Position numbers and translations under genes: made by a program. A DNA stretch of 64,000 nt from Candidatus Palauibacter sp. (GTDB lineage: Bacteria > Gemmatimonadota > Gemmatimonadetes > Palauibacterales > Palauibacteraceae). Below are positions 56,811-64,000 of the stretch, in pieces. How positions within the stretch are numbered: position 1 is the stretch's first letter; every line of letters begins with the position of its first letter. Under the pieces are notes generated by a model. The model saw only the letters and a list, made by a program, of their open reading frames with translations. It had not been told where the DNA came from and made no database searches. Location of the stretch: the NCBI RefSeq assembly GCF_965213655.1, contig NZ_CBDBZT010000003.1:3022307-3086306 (forward strand). The letters are read 5' to 3'.

Positions 56811-58294
56811 CTCTCGCCACGATGATCTACGGACTGATTATCGCCGCCCTCGTCGGCGGGGCCGCGTGGTTCCTCGACCGGGGTCTCCGAGCCGCCGGAC
56901 GTCCGACCCGGTGGATCTGGATCGGCGCTCTCGGGGTCGGCGGACTGGCGCCGTTCCTTCCCCGATTCCTTCCCGCCGCAACGCCCGGGGGCGGTCCCGG
57001 ATCCTTCGCTCTGCCCGTCCACGCTCTCTACCAACTCGGGACGCCGGGAGCGGCGATCCCCGAACGGAGTGGGAACATGCTCGCCGGGATCGGGCCGGAG
57101 GACGCTCTCGGAGCCCTCTGGCTCCTGGGCTCCGTACTCGTCCTCATTTTCTTCGCCCTGCTTTGCCTCCGTCTGCGGCGACTGCGGGCGACGTGGGAGC
57201 CTCGGGAGGTCTGCGGAGAGGAAGTCCTGCGGTCGGAGCGGTTCGGGCCGGCGGTCGTGGGGCTGATCCGGTCCTGGATCGTCCTCCCGTCGTGGAGCTT
57301 CGGACTCGGCGAAAGGGAGCTCGAGATGGTCGTGCTCCACGAACGGGAGCATGTGCGGGCGCGCGATCCCGCACTCCTGGCGGTGGGGCTCCTGCTCGCC
57401 TCGCTCTCGCCCTGGAATCCCGCGGTCTGGTGGTCGCTCGCAAGGCTCCGTCTCGCCGTTGAAGGGGATTGCGACCGCCGCGTTCTGGCCCGTGGCACAC
57501 CGGCGCGAGCCTACGCGCGCCTTCTCTTGACGGTCGCCGCCGGATGCCGGCGGACGCCGGATCCGGTGCCCGCCTTGATTCGTGGCGGTCCCTCCGTAAT
57601 CGAAAGGAGACTGAAGATGATCAGCACTGCGACTCGGAGGCCCCGAATCCGGGCTTCCATCATGGCCGCCGCGGCCGGGTTGGGTCTGTTCGCGCTGGCC
57701 TGCGACACCCCGGTCCCGCAGGGCTTGGACGAGCCCGAGCGCGCCTCGCGTCTGGAAGGCGTCGTCAGCGTGGAAGGAGTCACTAGCGCGGAAACCACTG
57801 TCGGCTCGGAAAGAGGTGTCCGTCTGGAAGCGGAGTTCGGGTACGTGGAGGAAGATGGAACGTACCTGGTCCACTCGGGAGAATGGGCGGTCGATCCGGA
57901 AGCGGGCGTCGGGTACGTGGACGAAGACGAAGTCTTCCAGGCGCTCGAGCTCGACCCGGAAGTCGAAGCGCGCATGCGCGCAATGGTCGAGCGCCTTGAG
58001 GTTGAGGTCGAGAGTACGCGCGAGAAGCTCGCGGAACGCCTGCGAGCGGGCGAAATCAAGAAGGGAACGATCCCCAGAGATCTGTGGCTGCGTCTGGGAA
58101 CCGTGGCGGACCACCTCGAGGAGTTGTCGGGTCCCGAGTTGAAGGAGACGACGACTGAGTTGGCCATGGAGGTGCGCCGACTCCACGCGGCCTTCGAAGC
58201 AGGCGAAATCACGCCCGAAGAGGCGCAGCAAATGCTCCGGACCCAAATGGAGGCCCGCAGGGTCCGTCTGCGCTTGCCCGACAGGCCGCACTGA
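56807..58294 (+). CDS. BlaR1-like M56-family membrane metalloprotease with a non-beta-lactam sensor C-terminal domain
   Basis: HExxH as VVLHEREHVRARD. N-terminal TM helices. ATGA overlap with the BlaI-like gene. Confidence 0.7.
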   Translation: MTLATMIYGLIIAALVGGAAWFLDRGLRAAGRPTRWIWIGALGVGGLAPFLPRFLPAATPGGGPGSFALPVHALYQLGTPGAAIPERSGNMLAGIGPEDALGALWLLGSVLVLIFFALLCLRLRRLRATWEPREVCGEEVLRSERFGPAVVGLIRSWIVLPSWSFGLGERELEMVVLHEREHVRARDPALLAVGLLLASLSPWNPAVWWSLARLRLAVEGDCDRRVLARGTPARAYARLLLTVAAGCRRTPDPVPALIRGGPSVIERRLKMISTATRRPRIRASIMAAAAGLGLFALACDTPVPQGLDEPERASRLEGVVSVEGVTSAETTVGSERGVRLEAEFGYVEEDGTYLVHSGEWAVDPEAGVGYVDEDEVFQALELDPEVEARMRAMVERLEVEVESTREKLAERLRAGEIKKGTIPRDLWLRLGTVADHLEELSGPELKETTTELAMEVRRLHAAFEAGEITPEEAQQMLRTQMEARRVRLRLPDRPH

Positions 58295-58434
58295 TCCGCG
58301 GCCCCGGGTCCGGAGACCGTTGCGGCCCGGCGTCCCCGACGGCACCGTAACTCTGTTCGGTCGCGCCTCCGAGCCTTGACCCGCGGGTCGGCTCGGAGGT
58401 GCTCGTCGCGGGACCCTCGGACCCGGGGAAACAC

Positions 58435-59964
58435 ATGACTCCGTCGCGTCGCTTCGCGGCTTCGTTTGCCGCCGTCCTGACTCTGGCCGCCTTCACCCCC
58501 GCCCCCGCGGCCGATCTCGTTCCCGCCCTCACATGCGACCAGCTGACCGCCATGTCGTGGAGCGGCTTTGTGCTCGACGAGGTATCGGAGGTCGAAGCCG
58601 GCGCGAACGACCCGGCGCACTGCCGCGTGCGGGGGACGATCGACGAGGAGATCCACTTCGAACTCCTCCTCCCGCTGGCCGAGGACTGGAACGGCCGCTT
58701 CCTCATGGGCGGCGGCGGCGGGTTCGTGGGGAGCGTACAGAACCAGGCGCTCCAGTTCGCGGGGCCGACCTCGGTCCTGAGCCGGGGGTTCGCCACGGCG
58801 GGGACGGATACCGGACACCAGGGCCCCGGCATCGACGCGAGCTGGGCCCTGGACCGGCCCGACCGCGAGGTGAACTTCGGCCACCGCGCCGTTCACGTGA
58901 CGGCGGAGGCGGCGAAGACGATCATTCGCCTCTTCTACGAGCGCGACATCGAGTACTCCTACTTCATCGGCTGCTCCCGCGGCGGCGGCCAGGCGATGAT
59001 GTCGTCGCAGCGATATCCGGACGACTTCGACGGCATTGTGTCCGGCGCCCCCGCCTACGACTGGCCCGGTCTGGGCGCCTTCTTCCTCCAGACGCAGCAG
59101 GCCCTGTATCCCGATCCGAACGATCTCACGACGCCGGTGATTACGGACGAGGCCGCGGCCACCCTCGAAGCCGCGATCCTCGACGCGTGCGATGGTAACG
59201 ACGGCGTCGAAGACGGGTTCATGACGAACCCCATGGCATGCGACGTCGACATCGCGTCGATTTCCGGACTGACCGACGAACAGCGGGCGGCCGCGGAAGT
59301 GATCTACGGCGGCGCCCGCGTGGGAGACCGTCACATCTATCCGGGCTTTCCCTTCGGGGGCGAGACGGACGACGGAGGGTGGAAGCTGTGGGTCACGGGG
59401 CGCGAGATGCAGCTCGGTCCGGGCGGACCGAACCTCCACTACGCCTTCGGCACCCAGATGTACAAGTACATCATCTTCGACGATCCGGGCTTCGACTACT
59501 CCGCGTACGACTTCAGCGACTACTTCTCGTGGGAGGAGGACACGCGCCGCGCCCGCGGGATCCTGAACGCGACGGACACGGATCTGAGCGGGTTCAAGAC
59601 GGCGGGCGGCAAGCTGATCCTCTGGACCGGATGGTCGGACTCCGCGATCCCCGCCAGCGGCACGATCAACTACTACGAGGGTGTGGCGGCCGGGGACGAG
59701 GAGGCGGACGATTACACCCGGTTGTACATGCTGCCCGGCGTGCTGCACTGCGCCGGCGGTCCGGGCCCGGATTTCGTCGACTGGATCGCCGCCATCCAGT
59801 CGTGGGTCGAGGTGGACGAGGCCCCCGAGCGGCTCGTGGCGACGAAGTTCGGCGAGGAGGGCGTGGAGATGCAGCGCCCCGTCTGCCCGTGGCCGGCCTA
59901 CGCCGCCTACAACGGCACCGGTGACCCGAAGCGCGAGGACAGCTTCGAGTGCGTCGCTCCATGA
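58435..59964 (+). CDS. tannase/feruloyl-esterase-family alpha/beta hydrolase, secreted
   Basis: Signal peptide. GCSRGG nucleophile-elbow variant of GCSTGG. Confidence 0.65.
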   Translation: MTPSRRFAASFAAVLTLAAFTPAPAADLVPALTCDQLTAMSWSGFVLDEVSEVEAGANDPAHCRVRGTIDEEIHFELLLPLAEDWNGRFLMGGGGGFVGSVQNQALQFAGPTSVLSRGFATAGTDTGHQGPGIDASWALDRPDREVNFGHRAVHVTAEAAKTIIRLFYERDIEYSYFIGCSRGGGQAMMSSQRYPDDFDGIVSGAPAYDWPGLGAFFLQTQQALYPDPNDLTTPVITDEAAATLEAAILDACDGNDGVEDGFMTNPMACDVDIASISGLTDEQRAAAEVIYGGARVGDRHIYPGFPFGGETDDGGWKLWVTGREMQLGPGGPNLHYAFGTQMYKYIIFDDPGFDYSAYDFSDYFSWEEDTRRARGILNATDTDLSGFKTAGGKLILWTGWSDSAIPASGTINYYEGVAAGDEEADDYTRLYMLPGVLHCAGGPGPDFVDWIAAIQSWVEVDEAPERLVATKFGEEGVEMQRPVCPWPAYAAYNGTGDPKREDSFECVAP

Positions 59965-60443
59965 TCACGCTGCGGGTGAACGGCGAGACGCACACGGTCG
60001 ATGTGGATCCCTCGACGACGCTGCTCTACGTCCTCCGCAACGACCTCGGACTGCGAGGGCCCCGGTTCGGCTGCGGTCTCGGCCAGTGCGGGACGTGCAC
60101 CGTGCTCATGGACGGGCGCGCAGTCCGTTCCTGCATGCGGCCGGTGTCCCGCGCGACCGGCGAGATCACCACGCTCGAAGGGCTGTCTGCGGCCGGTGAA
60201 CTGGATCCGGTCCAGCAGGCGTGGATCGACGAGCAGGTGCCGCAGTGCGGGTACTGCCAGAACGGCCAGATCCTCACCGCCAAGGCGCTGCTCGACCGCA
60301 ATCCGACGCCGAGCGACGAGGAAATCCGCCAGGGGATGAACGGCGCCCTCTGCCGCTGCATGACGTACTACCGCATCCAGTCCGCGGTGAAACGCGCCTC
60401 CGAAGCGATGGCCGCCGAGGCCGGCGGGGAGGTGGATCGGTGA
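59961..60443 (+). CDS. (2Fe-2S)-binding small subunit of a molybdenum hydroxylase (CoxS/IorA-like)
   Basis: CGLGQCGTC and C..C clusters. About 160 aa. Confidence 0.8.
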   Translation: MITLRVNGETHTVDVDPSTTLLYVLRNDLGLRGPRFGCGLGQCGTCTVLMDGRAVRSCMRPVSRATGEITTLEGLSAAGELDPVQQAWIDEQVPQCGYCQNGQILTAKALLDRNPTPSDEEIRQGMNGALCRCMTYYRIQSAVKRASEAMAAEAGGEVDR

Positions 60444-62845
60444 GGCCGCCCGCGGAGTTGCCGGCGGGGATCGACAGGGCGCTGGCCCCGTGGGAGGGGA
60501 GCACCTCCCGTCGCGACTTCCTGAAGACATCGGGGCTCTTCGTCCTCGGCTTCAGCGGCGTAGGAGGCATCGGCGTAGCGGGACTCGGCCGGCACGGCTC
60601 CGGCGATCCCGCGGAGGCGAACCCGTATCCCGATCCGGACTACCTGGTGCTCGACTCATGGCTCGTCGTCCATGAGGACGGCACGGCCACCTTCTACGTC
60701 GGCAAGACCGATGGCGGGCAGGGCACAGGGACCGCCATGCGGCAGATGATGTGCGACGAGCTCGACCTCGCCTACGAGCAGGCGACGCTCGTCATGGGCC
60801 GTACCGACATGACCGTGGACCAGGGCGGCTCCGGTGGATCCGACGCCATCGAGCGCGACGCGCTGGCGGCGCGGCGGGTCGCGGCCGAAGCGAGACGGGT
60901 CCTGCTGGAACTGGCCTCGGAGCGGTTCGAGGTCCCCGTGGGCGAACTCACGGTGAGTGAAGGCGTCATCTCGGCGGCTTCCGATTCCTCGCAAACGGCC
61001 ACGTACGGCGAACTGATCGGCGGCCGGCGCTTCGACGTCGCCCTCACGGGGAGGAACGTCAACGAGACGACCGGCCTCGCGCCTATCAAGGCGGTCCAGG
61101 AGCTGAAGATCGTCGGCCAGTCCATCCCGCGGTACGACATCCCGGCCAAAGTCGACGGGTCGCTCGAGTGGGCGGTCGACGTGAAGCTCCCGGGCATGGT
61201 CCACGCGCGGAACGTGCGGCCTCCCTTCGCCGGCGCCCGCCTCGTCTCCGTCGACGAGTCCTCCGTGCGCGACGTCCCCGGCTTGATCCGTGTGGTGCGA
61301 GAAGGGAACTACGTCGCGGTCGTATGCGAACGGGAGGAACAGGCGATCCAGGCGGCGGAGAGCCTCGCCGTGGAGTGGGAGAAGCCGGAGACGGCGCCCT
61401 TCCCGTCCTCGGAGGACCTCTTCGACTACATGCGCGGAGCGACGCCCGTCGGCGCGGGCAACGGGAATGCTCCCCGTCCGCGCCTGGAGGGCGACCCCGA
61501 CGCGGCGCTCGCGGGCGCGGCGACGGTCGTCGAAGCCGGCTATGACATCCCCTTCCAGGGGCACACGGCGATCGGGCCGGCCCACGCCTTGGCCGACCCC
61601 TCCGACGGGCAGATGACGATCTATACGAACGACATGAAGCCCTACAGCCACCGCACCGGGATCGCCGAGTTCCTGGGCATGCCGCCGGAGCGGGTGCGGG
61701 TGATCTGGATGGAGGGACCGCAGCTCTACGGGCGCACGGCGGCGGACGATGCGGGCTTCGAGGCGGCGTACCTGGCCCGCGAACTGGGCCGACCCGTCCG
61801 GATGCAGTGGATGCGGCACGAGGAGACGGCGTGGGATACGAAAGGCCCGGCCTTCGCCATTGACCTGCGCGGGGGTCTCGACGAGGCGGGGAACGTGGTC
61901 GGGCTCGACTACCGCGCCCGGATCGCCAACTACGCGCACGTCGGGTACAACCAGGCCGACACCGTGCTCATCGCCCAGCTCATGGGGATCCGGCCCGAAC
62001 GGCCGCCTCCGGGCGGCGGCCGGGGGCCGGACGAGATGTACCACATCCCGAACCGGCGCGAGGAGACGCGGGCCGTCCGTTTCCCGCTCGCCTTCGAGAC
62101 GCCGCTCCGCACCGGCAACCTGCGCGATCCCAACGGCCCGCAGACGGCCTTCGCCGGCGAGTCGTTCATCGATGAGATGGCGGCGGCCGCGAACGCGGAC
62201 CCGATCGAGTTCCGCCTCCGTCTCCTGCGCGGCACGACCGATGACGACGCGACGTTCCGGAGGGCCCGCTCCATCGCCGTCGTCGAAGCGGCCGCCGAGG
62301 CGTACGGCTGGGAACCGAGGCCCTCGCCCCGCGCGCTGGGAGACGGGCGCATCCTCACGGGGCGCGGCATCTCCTACGCGTACCGCATACAGACGGCTGT
62401 TGCCACCATCGCCGAGGTGGAGGTCGACCGGGAGAGCGGGCGCGTGTGGGTGAAGCGCATGGTGTGCGCGCACGACTGCGGCCTCGTGATCAATCCGGAC
62501 GGCCTCGAGAGCACGATCCAGGGCAACCTCCTGCACGGGATCAGCCGAACGCTGTACGAGGAGGTGCAGTTCGACGGGGAGCGGGTGACGAGCGTCGACT
62601 GGCGCACGCACCCGACGATCACACACAGGGACGCGCCCGAGCAGATCGATGTCGTGATCGTGAACGGCGATCCGAACCCGGACCGTCCGGATCTGCCGCA
62701 CTACGGGGCGGGCGAGCCCTCGCACCGCACGGTCCCGGCCGCCGTGGCCAACGCGATCCACGACGCGACCGGCGTGCGCATGCGCCGCATCCCTCTGCGC
62801 CCCGAGCGCGTCCTCGCCGAACTCACGGCGGCGGGCGTCTCTTGA
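60440..62845 (+). CDS. molybdopterin-binding large subunit of a molybdenum hydroxylase (isoquinoline 1-oxidoreductase beta-like) with a Tat signal
   Basis: GTG overlapping the small-subunit stop (GTGA). RRDFLKTSGLFVLGF twin-arginine motif. About 800 aa. Confidence 0.75.
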   Translation: MRPPAELPAGIDRALAPWEGSTSRRDFLKTSGLFVLGFSGVGGIGVAGLGRHGSGDPAEANPYPDPDYLVLDSWLVVHEDGTATFYVGKTDGGQGTGTAMRQMMCDELDLAYEQATLVMGRTDMTVDQGGSGGSDAIERDALAARRVAAEARRVLLELASERFEVPVGELTVSEGVISAASDSSQTATYGELIGGRRFDVALTGRNVNETTGLAPIKAVQELKIVGQSIPRYDIPAKVDGSLEWAVDVKLPGMVHARNVRPPFAGARLVSVDESSVRDVPGLIRVVREGNYVAVVCEREEQAIQAAESLAVEWEKPETAPFPSSEDLFDYMRGATPVGAGNGNAPRPRLEGDPDAALAGAATVVEAGYDIPFQGHTAIGPAHALADPSDGQMTIYTNDMKPYSHRTGIAEFLGMPPERVRVIWMEGPQLYGRTAADDAGFEAAYLARELGRPVRMQWMRHEETAWDTKGPAFAIDLRGGLDEAGNVVGLDYRARIANYAHVGYNQADTVLIAQLMGIRPERPPPGGGRGPDEMYHIPNRREETRAVRFPLAFETPLRTGNLRDPNGPQTAFAGESFIDEMAAAANADPIEFRLRLLRGTTDDDATFRRARSIAVVEAAAEAYGWEPRPSPRALGDGRILTGRGISYAYRIQTAVATIAEVEVDRESGRVWVKRMVCAHDCGLVINPDGLESTIQGNLLHGISRTLYEEVQFDGERVTSVDWRTHPTITHRDAPEQIDVVIVNGDPNPDRPDLPHYGAGEPSHRTVPAAVANAIHDATGVRMRRIPLRPERVLAELTAAGVS

Positions 62846-62868
62846 GAAATTGCTTTCGCACGTTTCTC

Positions 62869-63945
62869 ATGCACTCGCGAAATCACCGTAACAGTCTAGG
62901 CCTCACGGTTCTAGTTTCGGCGTTCTGCGCGGGATCCGTAACCGCGCAGAGCGCCGAGTTGAGACTGGTCGAGGAGTTGCGGCTGGGACGGGTCGACGGG
63001 TCGGGCCCCGACGTATTCGCCAACATCGATGATCTTGCGGTCGATGCCGGCGGCCGGATCTATGTGGCCGACGTGGGCTGGAGGGAGGTCCGACTCTTTG
63101 ACCGTGACGGACGGTTCGTGCGGCGGCTGGCGCCCGAGGGCGACGGACCGGGCGAGAGGCGGTACTGGCCCGCCGCGGTGTCGACCCGGGTTACGTGGGA
63201 CGCACTTCGGGACCGGCTGTGGATCGATGACGGTCTAAATCTTCTCGTGCTGGATTCTCTGGGAGCGGAGTACGCGCGCGAAACGCGGGCACCGGGGTTT
63301 CTCCCAGGCAACAGAGAGCCCATGGGGACGGTGTTCCGAGTCGATGTACGGGGTCGCCTGTACCAAGTCCTGCAGGGGCCATCCGGGGGCAGCGATTCAA
63401 CTTACGCTTACCTTGCGCGCGGGACGGCGGATTCGGAATTCACGTTCGTATCTGAGCGTATGCTTCGGATCGAGGCGCGAGCGGTCATCAGGGGACCGCC
63501 ACGGACGCGGCGAACCCGGGGAGCCACCCACACCTATACCATCGACAGCCACGAGCCTCCGCAGACAGCCTGGGCGGTCTCGCCCGCCGGCGAGCTGTGG
63601 GGCACCGGCATCAACGAGCCGCGCCTGTGGGCACTCTCGTTCACGGGAGATACGCTACGCACGATGTCGTTGGCGGGCGCGGTCGGCTCCAAACGGATGG
63701 AACTGGACATCTCGCCGGAGGGCTGGTTCTGGATACGGCGCGAGCCCGGCTCCGATGCACGCAGCACCTGGGATCTGCTCGACAACTGCGGTGCGTACCG
63801 CGGCTCCGCATCGGTGCCGCACAACGTGTCGCTGACCGAAGTCGGCTCCGGCGGCCGCATCCATGTCGTGGCATCCGATGCACTGGGCGTCGAGTACGTC
63901 CTGCGTCTGCGACTGGAGGCGAACGTTGAGGCGCGGCCCTGCTAG
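62869..63945 (+). CDS. secreted beta-propeller (NHL-like) protein
   Basis: Signal peptide MHSRNHRNSLGLTVLVSAFCAGSVTAQSAE. GRIYVAD blade motifs. Confidence 0.55.
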   Translation: MHSRNHRNSLGLTVLVSAFCAGSVTAQSAELRLVEELRLGRVDGSGPDVFANIDDLAVDAGGRIYVADVGWREVRLFDRDGRFVRRLAPEGDGPGERRYWPAAVSTRVTWDALRDRLWIDDGLNLLVLDSLGAEYARETRAPGFLPGNREPMGTVFRVDVRGRLYQVLQGPSGGSDSTYAYLARGTADSEFTFVSERMLRIEARAVIRGPPRTRRTRGATHTYTIDSHEPPQTAWAVSPAGELWGTGINEPRLWALSFTGDTLRTMSLAGAVGSKRMELDISPEGWFWIRREPGSDARSTWDLLDNCGAYRGSASVPHNVSLTEVGSGGRIHVVASDALGVEYVLRLRLEANVEARPC

Positions 63946-64000
63946 GCTAGACTAGGCCAAGACATCCAGCCCCCGGCCCTGCGTCCCGGCGAGTTCGTAG

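Noticed and set aside
1-64000. Integrase/recombinase, relaxase, restriction-modification, CBASS/retron-type defence operons
   Set aside because: I looked for their hallmark motifs (tyrosine-recombinase R..HxxR..Y, MOB histidine triads, methyltransferase DPPY/NPPY, CD-NTase GS..DxD) in all frames and found none I could support. A profile-HMM scan is still needed to exclude divergent members.

Overview
GC-rich window (roughly two-thirds or more G+C over most of its length) that falls into three blocks. Block 1 (1 to about 16.1 kb) is a tightly packed minus-strand P-type/VirB-like conjugative module. Many genes overlap by 4 nt (ATGA) or 1 nt (TGATG). Read in the direction of transcription it carries an XRE-type HTH gene, then VirB2/TrbC, VirB3/TrbD, VirB4/TrbE, VirB9/TrbG, VirB10/TrbI, TrbJ/VirB5-like, VirB6/TrbL and VirB8/TrbF. 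These are followed by a replication-relaxation-like wHTH protein, a VirD4/TraG-type coupling protein, a VirB11/TrbB ATPase, a small acidic protein, ArdC, a second wHTH protein, a small membrane protein and an excisionase-like HTH gene that runs off the left edge. The module is transcribed divergently from a CI/LexA-like S24 autoprotease repressor, and palindromic operator-like sites lie between them. No relaxase or integrase is visible in the window. Block 2 (16.4 to 35.5 kb) holds a hicA-hicB pair (hicA apparently frameshifted) and a complete type I-E CRISPR-Cas locus (cas3, cas8e, cas11, cas7, cas5, cas6e, cas1, cas2, a short AT-rich leader, about 46 repeats). The array trailer abuts an IS nest: an IS3 left-end fragment cut by a complete IS21-family element (istA/istB), a low-GC stretch with a lipoprotein gene, and a second IS3-family copy whose orfB carries a 1-nt deletion. 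After that comes a low-GC islet encoding a two-domain protein whose C-terminal domain has an NDT-like/TIR-like (SLOG-fold) signature. The islet ends in a 3' remnant of an Ala-type tRNA or tmRNA with no 5' half, which looks like an att-site core. Block 3 (35.6 to 64 kb) looks like ordinary chromosome. It contains two AAA+/DUF4143 ATPases, NHL-type beta-propeller proteins, a class C beta-lactamase-like hydrolase, an HD protein, a GBBH-like dioxygenase, a methyltransferase, a CPBP protease and an aldo-keto reductase. It also contains a minus-strand amino-acid module (DAACS transporter, two M29/NicX-like paralogs), a Tat-signal alanine-racemase-fold protein and a Tat-signal class V aminotransferase. 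Further right are an APC permease, Kce (3-keto-5-aminohexanoate cleavage enzyme), a 3-hydroxyacyl-CoA dehydrogenase, a BlaI/BlaR1-like pair, a tannase/feruloyl-esterase-family hydrolase and a two-subunit molybdo-iron-sulfur oxidoreductase. At least five otherwise intact genes carry single-nucleotide frame disruptions (IS3 orfB, hicA, trbE, the GBBH-like gene and the class V aminotransferase). I read that as either ongoing pseudogenisation or indel errors in the sequence. Most long plus-strand ORFs across block 1, and every ORF inside the CRISPR array, are GC-driven or repeat-driven artefacts.
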